In this document: positions 1 to 10,124 of the stretch, piece by piece
How the letters are laid out: each line of letters begins with the position of its first letter
Numbering within the stretch: the stretch's first letter is position 1
Source of the DNA: Candidatus Hydrogenedentota bacterium
GTDB lineage: Bacteria; Hydrogenedentota; Hydrogenedentia; Hydrogenedentales; SLHB01
DNA length: 64,000 nucleotides
Direction of reading: 5' to 3'
Assembly (NCBI GenBank): GCA_963745075.1
Contig: CAVUWV010000018.1
Location: 192,001-256,000 of the forward strand
Notes under the pieces: generated by a model
The model's database searches: none
The model's input: the letters and a program-made list of their open reading frames with translations, nothing else
Told to the model about the DNA's origin: nothing
Position numbers and translations under genes: made by a program

Positions 1-2
1 CC

Positions 3-1193
3 GATGCATCCGGTTACGTCTTGGCCGTCGCCAACAAGCTCCTGCAAAAAGCGCAGGAGGATTACCGGGCGGATATCGCATTCGCGGTTCAATCGGGCGA
101 AATCGACGCGGAGACGGCACAGGAACACCTCGATAGAGCAAGTGCTTCCGCTGTGGAGTTTTGGGACGATGGCGAACTCCAGATTTACGCCCCGCACTTA
201 ATCGATGACACCGGCGAAAATGCGCTGGCATGGGCCTTCAAAGTGAAAGACACGGTGGGGATTATGACTCCCGTGCAGGTATTCGTCGACGCAGATAGCG
301 AGGCGTTGCTTCACCTGCATCCCCTCGCTGCGGACGCCATCAACCGCCGATTGTACGACAACAAGCTGGACGGGGACGCCGGAATCCCTTACGCAGTACT
401 CCGTCGCACCGAGAACAGCGGACCGGTAACTATCTTCCAGACGATCCATTTCGCCGACTTCAACGCCCATTGGGATATTCTGGGTTACGTGTACGACTAC
501 TTTGAAGATAATCACGGATGGGATGCCATGGATGGAGTCGGCGGGCCGATATTCTCATACATGAGGTACGACACCATATTCGATGCTTTCTACAATTCGG
601 AAGATGGTTACATGTGGTTTGGGACGAATGGGTTCGCGGTGTCAGACAACGTCGTGGGTCATGAGTATACACATGGAGTTCTCCACGAATCGGCCGGCCT
701 CATTTATGATTGGGAATCGGGAGCGATCAACGAATCTTTGGCTGATATGTGGGGCGAGTTTATCGACTGGTCTTGCCCTGTGCTCGGGAACGACGGAGCA
801 AATAAGAGATGGAAGCTTGCAGAAACGACGGGCTCGGGAGTAATCCGAAACATGAAGAACCCACCCGCAAAAGGTCAGCCAGACACGTACCAAGGGACGA
901 ACTGGTATTTCCCATTTGATGACAACGACACATTCGTTCACACGAATAGCGGCGTTGGCAATAAGCTTGCCTACCTGCTCACCGATGGTGATACGTTCAA
1001 CGGGTACACAATCAGCGGTATGGGAGAAGGCGTTGTACGAGACCTCTATTGGGAGACTGTGCAACTAATGCCACAAAGCCTTGGGTATAACGATCTCTAT
1101 CAACTGTTGTTGGACGCAGCCGACAATCTCGGGTTCACTACAGCCCAGGTGGACAACGTTCAAAATGCTTGCGAGGCTGTCGAGATCGACTGA
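3..1193 (+). CDS. M4 family (thermolysin-like) zinc metallopeptidase, 5' partial
   Basis: HEYTH zinc motif, GAINESLAD third-ligand motif, VHTNSG motif; frame is open to the window edge. Confidence 0.93.
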   Translation, partial: DASGYVLAVANKLLQKAQEDYRADIAFAVQSGEIDAETAQEHLDRASASAVEFWDDGELQIYAPHLIDDTGENALAWAFKVKDTVGIMTPVQVFVDADSEALLHLHPLAADAINRRLYDNKLDGDAGIPYAVLRRTENSGPVTIFQTIHFADFNAHWDILGYVYDYFEDNHGWDAMDGVGGPIFSYMRYDTIFDAFYNSEDGYMWFGTNGFAVSDNVVGHEYTHGVLHESAGLIYDWESGAINESLADMWGEFIDWSCPVLGNDGANKRWKLAETTGSGVIRNMKNPPAKGQPDTYQGTNWYFPFDDNDTFVHTNSGVGNKLAYLLTDGDTFNGYTISGMGEGVVRDLYWETVQLMPQSLGYNDLYQLLLDAADNLGFTTAQVDNVQNACEAVEID

Positions 1194-1279
1194 TCTACGG
1201 GAATCATCCGCCTAAAATGCGTTTACAAGAAAGTGCACCTAGGTAATTCGTCCCCAACCAACCTAGCGGAGTAGTAGCT

Positions 1280-1459
1280 ATGCGAAGAAACAAGACTATG
1301 AACCACATCTTCTTAGTAACGTTTCCCAGACCTGCTGTGTCATTCTGGCAAGGAAACGCGCTCACGCATTTCAAGGAGTGCCATTCGCATCAGAACACGG
1401 TCAGCGGCAAGAAGGAGTGTTACCAAACGTACCAGGCGGAGAAATCCGAAAAGCAGTAA
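1280..1459 (+). CDS. Small peptide A (59 aa), two-Cys precursor-like family
   Basis: Manual translation MRRNKTMNHIFLVTFPRPAVSFWQGNALTHFKECHSHQNTVSGKKECYQTYQAEKSEKQ; GGAG upstream of ATG; paralogous to the next two ORFs. Confidence 0.75.
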   Translation: MRRNKTMNHIFLVTFPRPAVSFWQGNALTHFKECHSHQNTVSGKKECYQTYQAEKSEKQ

Positions 1460-1491
1460 CAGGGATTCGTGTAATAGGTGAGGTAGGAGTT

Positions 1492-1668
1492 ATGCGCAGA
1501 ATCAAGTCTATCAGCCGCACCCCGTTTGCGAGTTCAATTCCTGCGGCAGCATTTCGGCAGCCGCAACCATGGGAATACTTGTTAGGCTGTCTAGCCAATC
1601 CAATAGTGTGGGTAATTGGAATAAAGCGATGTTACCGTTACCAGCGTGATTTACCATTGCAATACTGA
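1492..1668 (+). CDS. Small peptide B (58 aa), two-Cys precursor-like family
   Basis: MRRIKSISRTPFASSIPAAAFRQPQPWEYLLGCLANPIVWVIGIKRCYRYQRDLPLQY; strong RBS GAGGTAGGAG immediately upstream of ATG 1492. Confidence 0.8.
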   Translation: MRRIKSISRTPFASSIPAAAFRQPQPWEYLLGCLANPIVWVIGIKRCYRYQRDLPLQY

Positions 1669-1754
1669 TAAGCGCAGGGATCCAAACTGTCGGCCGATCA
1701 ATCGTACGCCGTGCGACGGATGGGGGTGCGGACAAAACGGATGAGGTATCACTG

Positions 1755-1913
1755 ATGCGTCGAATCAAACGATTAAGCCGGGTTCCCTTCGTCGATCCAT
1801 CGCTCCCGGCACCAGCGATTCAAGCGGAAACCCCGAAGGAGCGGTACAAGACCTGTGAAGACGAACAAACGTCGTTGACTGGCAAGGCCGCCTGCTACCG
1901 CACGTTCGTATAG
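1755..1913 (+). CDS. Small peptide C (52 aa), two-Cys precursor-like family
   Basis: Manual translation MRRIKRLSRVPFVDPSLPAPAIQAETPKERYKTCEDEQTSLTGKAACYRTFV; RBS GAGGT; leader resembles B, core resembles A. Confidence 0.8.
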   Translation: MRRIKRLSRVPFVDPSLPAPAIQAETPKERYKTCEDEQTSLTGKAACYRTFV

Positions 1914-1966
1914 GAGAAAAGCTGGCGGAAAAGTAGCGCGACCTCGCATTGAGAATTCTGGGGTCC

Positions 1967-4591
1967 TCACGCGGTCAGTTCGCGGGTCTTGCGGACGATG
2001 TAGCTGGACAGGGCGCGGCGGAGCCAGGCGATGCGTCCTTCGGCCAGGGCGGTGCGCATTCGTGGTTCCAGCCGATCCGATCCGGGAACCAGTCTGTTTT
2101 CGTAACGCAGTATTTGGAAATTGGCGAATGCCTGCTTCGTTATCTCCGTGATGGACTGGACAACATCGGCGGGCGGCGTTGCAGTAAACGAGTCGATGGT
2201 CACTTCCGGCGGCATGGTAAAGGACCGGAGTTCGTACGGACCGAGCGTGATTCGCCAAGTCTGCGGCGCGTCGGTATTGGCGTTCGCGGCGAAATCGTGG
2301 ACGTTTCCCGGGGGATTTCCGAAGCGAATCTCGATGTCGACCGAATAGTATTCGCGATTGATTGCGTACAGGTAGCGTTGGTTCTCGTGCATCAAGGTGC
2401 GCACGGCCACGGGGTCGGACGTTGGGCCGACGGTATCGAACTTCTTCGCGGGCAAGGCACGGTACGCGAGGGCAAACCGCTGCAAGTCCGCCGTGTGGGC
2501 CTTATCGAGGAACAGACCGCCCCGGGTGATGCGGCAGGCGTCGAGTTCGGCGACCGCGTGGGCATAGGGCTCCATGAAATGCACGCCTACCGGGAACGGC
2601 GGCGTGATGCGGGACTGGGAATCCCACCAGAATCCGTCCGCCGGATACTCGGAATTGACGCGGAGAATGCCTTCGGCGGGTTTCCCGTCCATGACCGCCA
2701 GGGCCTCGGCGTTGGAATCGCCGGGTTCGGGACGGGACCACACATGTTTCCCCCACGCTTCCACCCAGCAATTGAAGATGAACGCGCCGGGACGCGGCAA
2801 CGCGCCGGCGGCATCGAGCGTGTCCTGGTCGAGGAAGTCGAAATCGCGGAACATGCAGCCCTCTTCGACAGGCCGGTTGGCGCCACCGGTGGGATGAGGC
2901 CCATGGCCGCCGCGGTCGCGGGAATTGCCCATCCCGAGATCGATTTCCAATCCTGGCTCGTCGTTGTACAGCGCCAAGTCGATGCCGGCTTCCCGGTACA
3001 AGTCTCGGTTGCTTTCGCGGGCGGAAATCTGGTGGCCGGCCGAGGTCTGGCCGAGCACGCCGGGGATGAAGGTCTCATCCCACAACGTGACCGTCACGCG
3101 GAGATCGGAACGTGACTCGGCCAAGGTCTGACGAATCAGGCCGAAGAATTCCCGGATCTTCTTGCAGCGCCACGCGATCCACGCCGGGCCGCACACGGTC
3201 GTGAGATAGTCGTAGCGGCGGGCGAACCGGTCGGGCGCCTTCGGGTCAACGGGCACGGCGATGCTGCTTTCCTTTTCGAACAGGCCGACCGTGTAGTCGT
3301 CGTATCCCACGCGAATCGAGCCGAACCACGGCATGGCCGATGCGAACATGTTGAACGAGATGCCTTTGAATGCGGAGAACTTTCCGTAGCGCCGGCCAAT
3401 CTCGCGCATGAATCGCAGGATGACGTCCTGCACGGTGGGATGAAGCGGATTGAACATGGGCTTCATGCCGCTGGACTGACCGGGGTTTTCACCGTAGGCA
3501 AAGTTCGGCAAAGCGCCGCCATAGGGTTCGATAAAGGGTTTGTCATTCAGAATTTCGGCGAGGGTGTTGAAATTGCGCACGTTGTACAGCGGCGTCCAGT
3601 CTCCAGTACTCCCCTGGACCTGGTTGTTCCAGAGCATGTTGTTGTACGTATCCGCGCCGGCCTTGATGGCCTCGATATCAGTATTCATGTTCTGCAACAG
3701 CGTGCCCAGGCGCATCAGGGTCAAGGCGCCCTGGAACTCCAGACCTTCCTTCGTGAAACGTTCGAGCAGGTCCGCATACCAGTCCGCGGGCTGGGTCGTC
3801 CAGCGCAGGTACACCTTGCGGTCGCGTGCGATCACCAGGTCCAACCCGCCGGAGGGTTCACGCTCGGACGGGAATTGCGGACCGTGATACCACGCCATGG
3901 GATAGACGAGCAGGCCTTGTCCGCTGTGCCGGGCGTAGGTGACGATGCGGTCGATCCACTCGGCGTGGCTCATTGCGCCTTCCGCCGCTCCGGTGCCGCA
4001 GGGGTCCTCGTACTGAATGCCCAACTCGCGCCGCCCCACGGATGGGCCGGTCACGGCGACGGGTGGCAAATCGTCTAACTCGTAGATCTCGATATTGGAC
4101 ACGGCGGCGGGTTCCCCCTCGCCCCAGGTCATGAAGACGATGCTGCAATCGTTCCAGCGCGGCCAGAAGACTTGCTGGATGTCGAGCATCTCACCGGAAA
4201 GCGGCTGCGCCCAATTGGTGAAGGCGCCGGTGGTGAGGTCGTAGCTCGTGCCATCCATCATGCACATGAACCGGCGCTTGTCATCGGGAAACCGGACGAG
4301 CGCGAGGTGCGGTTTGCCCGGGTTGTCGATGGGAAACCGGTACCCAAACCGGGCCATGGGATTCGGTTCGGTTTCGCGGTAGCGTCCCGCTGCGGTTTCA
4401 ACGACGTGGGTTTCACCGAAGGCGAAGAACGTGTCGGGCGAGTAGTCCTGGGTGCAGTCGATGGTGTGCAGCAGGCGTCTTCCCGTGGCATCCGGGGCAG
4501 CCGTCTCGCCACGCGCCGCAAACAACGAGATTCCAAGGCCCGCACCGGCGGCACCCACCAGAAACGCGCGCCGTGACAAGTCGCCAGCCAT
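1967..4591 (-). CDS. Large Tat-exported protein, probably glycoside-hydrolase-like
   Basis: SRRAFL twin-arginine signal after ATG 4591 with GGGGAG RBS; FNPLHPTVQ and VGYDDYTV segments resemble GH-like TIM barrels; family not assignable. Confidence 0.6.
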   Translation of the reverse strand: MAGDLSRRAFLVGAAGAGLGISLFAARGETAAPDATGRRLLHTIDCTQDYSPDTFFAFGETHVVETAAGRYRETEPNPMARFGYRFPIDNPGKPHLALVRFPDDKRRFMCMMDGTSYDLTTGAFTNWAQPLSGEMLDIQQVFWPRWNDCSIVFMTWGEGEPAAVSNIEIYELDDLPPVAVTGPSVGRRELGIQYEDPCGTGAAEGAMSHAEWIDRIVTYARHSGQGLLVYPMAWYHGPQFPSEREPSGGLDLVIARDRKVYLRWTTQPADWYADLLERFTKEGLEFQGALTLMRLGTLLQNMNTDIEAIKAGADTYNNMLWNNQVQGSTGDWTPLYNVRNFNTLAEILNDKPFIEPYGGALPNFAYGENPGQSSGMKPMFNPLHPTVQDVILRFMREIGRRYGKFSAFKGISFNMFASAMPWFGSIRVGYDDYTVGLFEKESSIAVPVDPKAPDRFARRYDYLTTVCGPAWIAWRCKKIREFFGLIRQTLAESRSDLRVTVTLWDETFIPGVLGQTSAGHQISARESNRDLYREAGIDLALYNDEPGLEIDLGMGNSRDRGGHGPHPTGGANRPVEEGCMFRDFDFLDQDTLDAAGALPRPGAFIFNCWVEAWGKHVWSRPEPGDSNAEALAVMDGKPAEGILRVNSEYPADGFWWDSQSRITPPFPVGVHFMEPYAHAVAELDACRITRGGLFLDKAHTADLQRFALAYRALPAKKFDTVGPTSDPVAVRTLMHENQRYLYAINREYYSVDIEIRFGNPPGNVHDFAANANTDAPQTWRITLGPYELRSFTMPPEVTIDSFTATPPADVVQSITEITKQAFANFQILRYENRLVPGSDRLEPRMRTALAEGRIAWLRRALSSYIVRKTRELTA

Positions 4592-4774
4592 ATCAGTCTC
4601 CCCCATCTGCGAATACGTCCCGTGATTTGCGGCTTTACTCAATCGAAGTAAGGTGCAGCATACGACTTCATTCACCGCGCGCACAACACGACATCGAACA
4701 TCGCCGGACCCGCGTTGACCGGCGTCCGTTTCGGCAAGTACACTATACGAGGGTCACTTCAAAGGAGATGCATC

Positions 4775-5986
4775 ATGTCCACCGTATCGACGTCGCCACT
4801 TGCGCTAAAAGGGGGTCAACCCGTCCGTCCTGCCGAGAAAGCCTGGCCGTCCTGGCCGGTTTTTGACGATTTGGAGCGGAAAGCCGTAATGGAGGTGCTG
4901 GAGAGCGGGAAATGGTTCCTGAGCGAGCGTATCGCCCGGTTCGAAAAAGAGTATGCGGCGTTTCAGGATGCGAAGTTCTGCGTGGCCGTGAACAGCGGCA
5001 CGTCGGCGCTCGAGATCATGTTGCAGGCGCTGGGCGTGGGTCCCGGCGATGAAGTGATTGTGCCGCCGTATACCTTTATCGCGACGGCGAGCGCGGTCCT
5101 GCGCGTCGGCGCGGAAGTGACGTTTGTGGATGTGGACGAATCCTGGAACCTGAACCCGGATCTCATCGAAGCCGCCATTACCAAACGTACCAAAGCAATT
5201 CTCCCCGTGCACTTCGCCAGCGCGGTGGCGGACATGGATCGCATCAATGCCATCGCGGCAAAGCGCGGCATCGCCGTAATTGAAGACGCGTGCCATTCCT
5301 GGGGCTCGAAGTGGAAGGACAAGGGCACGGGCGCCCTGGGCAAAGGCGGTGCGTTCAGTTTCCAGATGTCGAAGAACATCACGGCCGGTGAAGGCGGCGT
5401 GATTACAACGGACGATGAAGACTTCGCCGATCTGTGCCGTTCGATCTCGAACTGCGGACGCCACAAGGGCGCGGCGTGGTACGAGCACACGGAAGTGGGT
5501 ACGAATGCCCGCATGGGCGAATTTGCCGCGGCCATTCTGAGCGCACAGCTCACGCGCCTGGAAGCGCAGACCTTGCTTCGCGAGAAGAACGGTGCGTTTC
5601 TAAACGAACGCCTTGGCGCGATCGACGGCATTACGCCGCAACCGGACGACGATCGCATGACGCGACGGGCGTACCACCTCTACGGCATGAAGATCGACCC
5701 CGAGAAGTTCGGGTGTTCGCGCGACCAGATCGTCGAGGCCGCGAAGGCCGAAGGGCTGCCCTGCGGCGGCGGCTATGTTCGTCCGCTGCACAAACAACCG
5801 GTCTTCCTGAACCGCAAGAGCGGGCCGGACTACAGCAAGGTGTCGTGTCCGGTCGCGGAAGACATGTGCGATCGCAGCGTGCTCTGGTTTACCCACCCGC
5901 TTCTGCTCGGCACGGAGCAGGATATGCAGGATATCGTCGACATCTTCACGAAGATCAAGGAACATGCGACGGAGTTGGCGGAGTAA
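4775..5986 (+). CDS. DegT/DnrJ/EryC1/StrS family PLP aminotransferase
   Basis: NSGTSAL, GDEVIVPPYTFIATA, EDACH, FSFQMSKNITAGEGG motifs; AAGGAG RBS. Confidence 0.95.
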   Translation: MSTVSTSPLALKGGQPVRPAEKAWPSWPVFDDLERKAVMEVLESGKWFLSERIARFEKEYAAFQDAKFCVAVNSGTSALEIMLQALGVGPGDEVIVPPYTFIATASAVLRVGAEVTFVDVDESWNLNPDLIEAAITKRTKAILPVHFASAVADMDRINAIAAKRGIAVIEDACHSWGSKWKDKGTGALGKGGAFSFQMSKNITAGEGGVITTDDEDFADLCRSISNCGRHKGAAWYEHTEVGTNARMGEFAAAILSAQLTRLEAQTLLREKNGAFLNERLGAIDGITPQPDDDRMTRRAYHLYGMKIDPEKFGCSRDQIVEAAKAEGLPCGGGYVRPLHKQPVFLNRKSGPDYSKVSCPVAEDMCDRSVLWFTHPLLLGTEQDMQDIVDIFTKIKEHATELAE

Positions 5987-5989
5987 AAT

Positions 5990-6137
5990 CCCAAATTCGA
6001 AGCACGAAATTCGAAATCCGAAACAAATTCGAATGACCAAATGTACAAAACAATAGCCTGCAGCGAATAGGTGAGTTTCGGTCATTCTGATTTCGGTCAT
6101 TCAGATTTGTTTCGGATCTCGATATTCGGATTTCGGG
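5990..6137. repeat. Intergenic imperfect inverted repeat built from ~7-nt CGAAAT(T/C)-like subunits
   Basis: Left arm CGAAATTCGAAATCCGAAACAAATTCGAATGACC vs reverse complement of right arm CGAATATCGAGATCCGAAACAAATCTGAATGACC. Confidence 0.8.
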
Positions 6138-6170
6138 TGAGGTGGAATCTCAACCTCATGAGGGGGCTTC

Positions 6171-8999
6171 ATGTCGTACATCGCAACTGTTGCGGTGGTC
6201 TCTCTGGCGATCGGCGCACAACTGCCGGAAGGTAATACCTTCACAAACTCCATCGGGATGGAGTTCGTGCGGATCGAGGCCGGGTCGTTCGACATGGGGT
6301 TCGACGGGACCTTGCCCGAAGACGTGGCGGGGCGGTCCTGGCGAACATCGGGAGACGCGGATGAGCGGCCGGTCCATCGGGTGACCGTCTCTCGACCGTT
6401 CTTCATGGGCGCTGTCGAGGTCACGAACGCACAGTACGAGGAATTTGCACCGGATCACAAGGCATTGCGCGGCAAGCTGGGATTTTCCGCGGACGACGAT
6501 GAAGCAGTCGTCTTCGTGTCTTGGCAGGAAGCGGCCGCGTTTTGCGAATGGCTTTCGAAGAAGGAGGGGCTCCCCTACCGGCTTCCGACGGAAGCGGAAT
6601 GGGAGTATGCCTGCCGGGCCGGGACGACGACGTTTTACAACACCGGCGATACGCTTCCCGCCGAGTATCTGCAAAACGCCGGCATGTCCTGGTATCCCGA
6701 TCCCGTGCGGTCAGTCGACGAGCCCAAGATCACCCTGCACGTCGGGAAAACGCCGCCTAATGCGTGGGGTCTCCACGACATGCACGGCAATGTCGAGGAG
6801 TGGTGTTTCGACTGGTACGGGCCCTACGCGGAGGGCCCGCAGACCGATCCCGTGGGCCGGGCAGAGGGTGATTTCCGCGTTGCCCGCGGGGGCAGTCATT
6901 CGACCGAACCCTACTACCTGCGGTCGGCAAACCGTAGCGGAACCTTGCCCGGGGATCGGAACTGGGTGATCGGGTTTCGCGTCGCGCTCGGAGAACTGCC
7001 CGCGACAACGCCGCTCCCGTCCGTGCCGCCCAAGCGTTGGCAAGAAGACGTAACGGCCCAGCGGTCAGCAGTCTCGACCGACCCGGACACGCCGTACTTC
7101 AGCGGCCCGCAGCAATACGTCCACATTTCGGCCGATGCGAGCGGCCCCATTTTCGCGCATCACAACCATTGTCCAGCTTTGGTGGAATGTCCGAACGGCG
7201 ACCTGCTTGCCATCTGGTACTCGTGCATAGAAGAACCGGGGCGGGAGTTGTGTATCGTGGCGAGCCGATTGCGAGCCGGGCAGGAGGAGTGGGATGAGGC
7301 GGACTTGTTTTGGGATGCACCGGATCGCAACGATCACGCGTCGGCCTTGTGGTTCGACGGGGACCAGACGCTCTATCACTTCAACGGCCTGAGCGTGGCG
7401 GCCACATGGGGCAACCTGGCAACCGTCATGCGCACTTCGACGGACAACGGCGTCACGTGGTCAAAAGCAAAACTCATCAATCCCGAACACGGATTGCGGC
7501 ACATGCCCATCGAATCGGTATTTCGCACCCAGGAAGGGGCGATTCTTCTGCCGTGCGATGCCGTAACCGGCGGCAATGGCGGGACCGCGATTCATCTCAG
7601 CTACGACAACGGCGCAACCTGGACCGATCCGGGTGGCACCATTGCGGGCATTCACGCGGGCGTGGTCCAGTTGCGTGACGGACGGCTGATGGCCCTGGGA
7701 CGTGGTGATACCATCGACGGACGCATGCCGAAAAGTATCTCGGAGGATATAGGAAAAACGTGGAAGGTCACGCCTTCGGATTTTCCACCCATCGGCGGCG
7801 GGCAACGGCTGGTCTTAACGCGCTTGCAAGAAGGTCCGCTCTTCTTTGCGTCGTTCGCGCAGGAAGTACCGTTCACCGACGCGACGGGCGCCGAGCGGAC
7901 CGGTACCGGCCTGTTCGGCGCGCTGTCTTTCGACGACGGTGAGACGTGGCCCATTCGACGCCTCATCACGAACGACGGCGCGGGCCGGCAGGTGGAAACG
8001 ACGGATGGCGCGTTGTTTCTCATGGATGGCGACCACGCAGAGCCGAGGGGCTATTTCTCGGTGTGCCAAGGCGACGACGGACGGATTCATCTCATTGGCA
8101 GCAGGCAGCATTACGTGTTTAACCTCGCCTGGCTCAAGACGCCCCCTCCCCCACCCTTTCTCGACAACGGCGTGACCGCCCATCGCGGCGATTCGCTGGC
8201 GTATCCGGAAAACACATGCCTGCCTTTGAAAGCGCTATCGCGTTGGGCGCGGACTGGATCGAATGCGATGTGTATCGGACGACCGACGGCAAGCTGGTGG
8301 TGATCCACGACGAAACGACGGGGCGCGTGGGGAACGCGGATGTCGTCGTCGCGGAGTCGACGTACGATGAGCTTCGAAAGATCGACGTGGCTGACGCGTT
8401 CCGGCACGAGCGCGGACTTTCGGAGAATGACTGTCCGCCGGTGACGATACCACTCTTATCGGACGTCATTGCTCTTGTGCGGAGACAGCACCGCACCCGA
8501 CTGTCCATCCAGCCGAAGGCGAATGTGGTGGACGAGGTGATTGCGTTGGTGAAGACCATGCATGCGGAGCCGTGGGTCGGGTTCAACGACGGCGACCTCG
8601 CAAAGATGTCGCGCGTGAAGGAACTTGCCCCCGCTATCCCCGTCTTCTGGGATCGGCCGGAGGATTTCGATGTGGCCCGGGATATCGATATCGCTAAGGA
8701 ACGCGGATTCGAGACGCTCGTCGTGCAATTCAAGGGAATCACGCCAGAAGTCGTGTCGGCCATTCGTGAAGCCGGCCTCGAAGCCGGCGCGTGGACCGTA
8801 AACGATGAGGCTGACACTCGCACACCTGAATGAACTCGGCGTGAGACGAATTTACACGGACGTTCCGGCGACGCTGTTGAAAATTGCGCGACAGCGAATA
8901 ATGAGCCGTATATCGATCATCGGGGTACCTGCCCCGACCGATCTACGATTACGATTACGATTACGATTACGATGGGAAACCGCCAAGCTACCTCGCTGA
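6171..8999 (+). CDS. Secreted fusion: FGE-sulfatase (SUMF1/EgtB-like) domain + BNR/sialidase-like propeller + glycerophosphodiester phosphodiesterase; frameshifted near 8215 and 8815
   Basis: RLPTEAEWEYACRAG, LHDMHGNVEEW; Asp-boxes STDNGVTW/SYDNGATW/SFDDGETW; AHRG...PENT continuing in another frame as IECDV...VIHD, WTVND, then IYTDVP in a third frame; 3' end uncertain. Confidence 0.8.
8944..8973. repeat. (TACGAT)5 hexamer tandem repeat
   Basis: Directly visible between convergent gene ends. Confidence 0.9.
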
Positions 9000-10105
9000 T
9001 TTCGCTCCGGTCAGTTTCCGGATCAATTCGACCTCCTTCGGGTCAAACGGTGTGCCGTCCGGCCGGAAGATGTCGTGGAACCATACCGGCGGTTCGGCCG
9101 TGTACGGTCTTCTCCCACGAATCCCAGGGATAGATCGTCTGGGTCTTGCCGGAGACCAATCCCCAGTTGCACGCGCCGATTCTGCGCTCCTTCAGGTACG
9201 GCAGGATCGCGGCAAAGGTGCTGCCGACCGGGCGGCTCATGTATTCCGTGCAGATGATGGGCCGGTCATAGGGCAGTAACGACTCCACCCGCTTTTCCAT
9301 GTCCGGCAACGGACCGTAGCAGTGAAAGCTGATGAAGTCGGAATGGTCCAGCATGAACTGGTTCAACGGCGAGAGCCTCTCCGGGTCCGGCCAGCCTCCC
9401 GTCCACACGCCGACCGTGAGCGGCTGCTCCGGGTTGGCGGTGCGAGCCCAAGGGTAGACTTCCCGGAGAAAGAGCAGCGACATCTCTTCTTTGTTCGACA
9501 GATCGAGCTTGCCGTAGCTGTTGGCGTTGGTGTTGCCGGGTTCGTTGTACAGATCCCAGCCCAATACGCGCGTGTCGGTGCCGAAGCGTTTCAACACGGC
9601 CATCACGTAGGGCTCCATCTCCTCGTAGCGGGACGGGTTCTTGAGGATTTCCACCGAAGGACTCTGGACCCACCCCGAGTTGTGCACGTGGGGTTTGGGT
9701 TCGCGTTGCTTTCCCGCCTTTGGAAGCGGGATCCCAGCATGCGTCAAAGAGGACGAAGAGCGGCGCTATCCCATGACGATCCGCAATGGAAAGGAATTGG
9801 TCGATCCGCTGCAGGAACCCTTCAGGATCTTCCTGATACGGGATGTCGTGCAGGTACACGCGAACCATGTTGAATCCGAGCCCTTCGGCGTACCCGAGTT
9901 CGCGATCGATCGTGTCGGGGTCGAAGGTGTCGGCCTGCCACATCTCCAGCTCGTTGATGGCCGTGCTGGGGATGAAATCGCATCCGACCGGCCAGGGACG
10001 ATTCACATACCACGCATTGATCCGCTCGACACTCCACCGGTCGTCCACATCGGCGGGCGGGGCAGCGGATACGACTGCCATTGCGATTACACCCATCGTG
10101 AGCAC
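8988..10105 (-). CDS. GH-A clan (cellulase/GH5-like) glycoside hydrolase; frameshifted near 9725 and 9105
   Basis: PSTAINELEMWQ, WDLYNEP acid/base, ICTEYM nucleophile, NWGLVSGKTQT, C-terminal WFHDIFRPDG in a third frame; GTG start with AAGGAG RBS. Confidence 0.8.
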
Positions 10106-10124
10106 GTTTCGGGTCTCCTTCGCA

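Noticed and set aside
1378..1491. Upstream GTG extension of the 96-aa ORF 1378..1668
   Set aside because: Overlaps peptide A; the strong RBS and paralogy place the start at ATG 1492.
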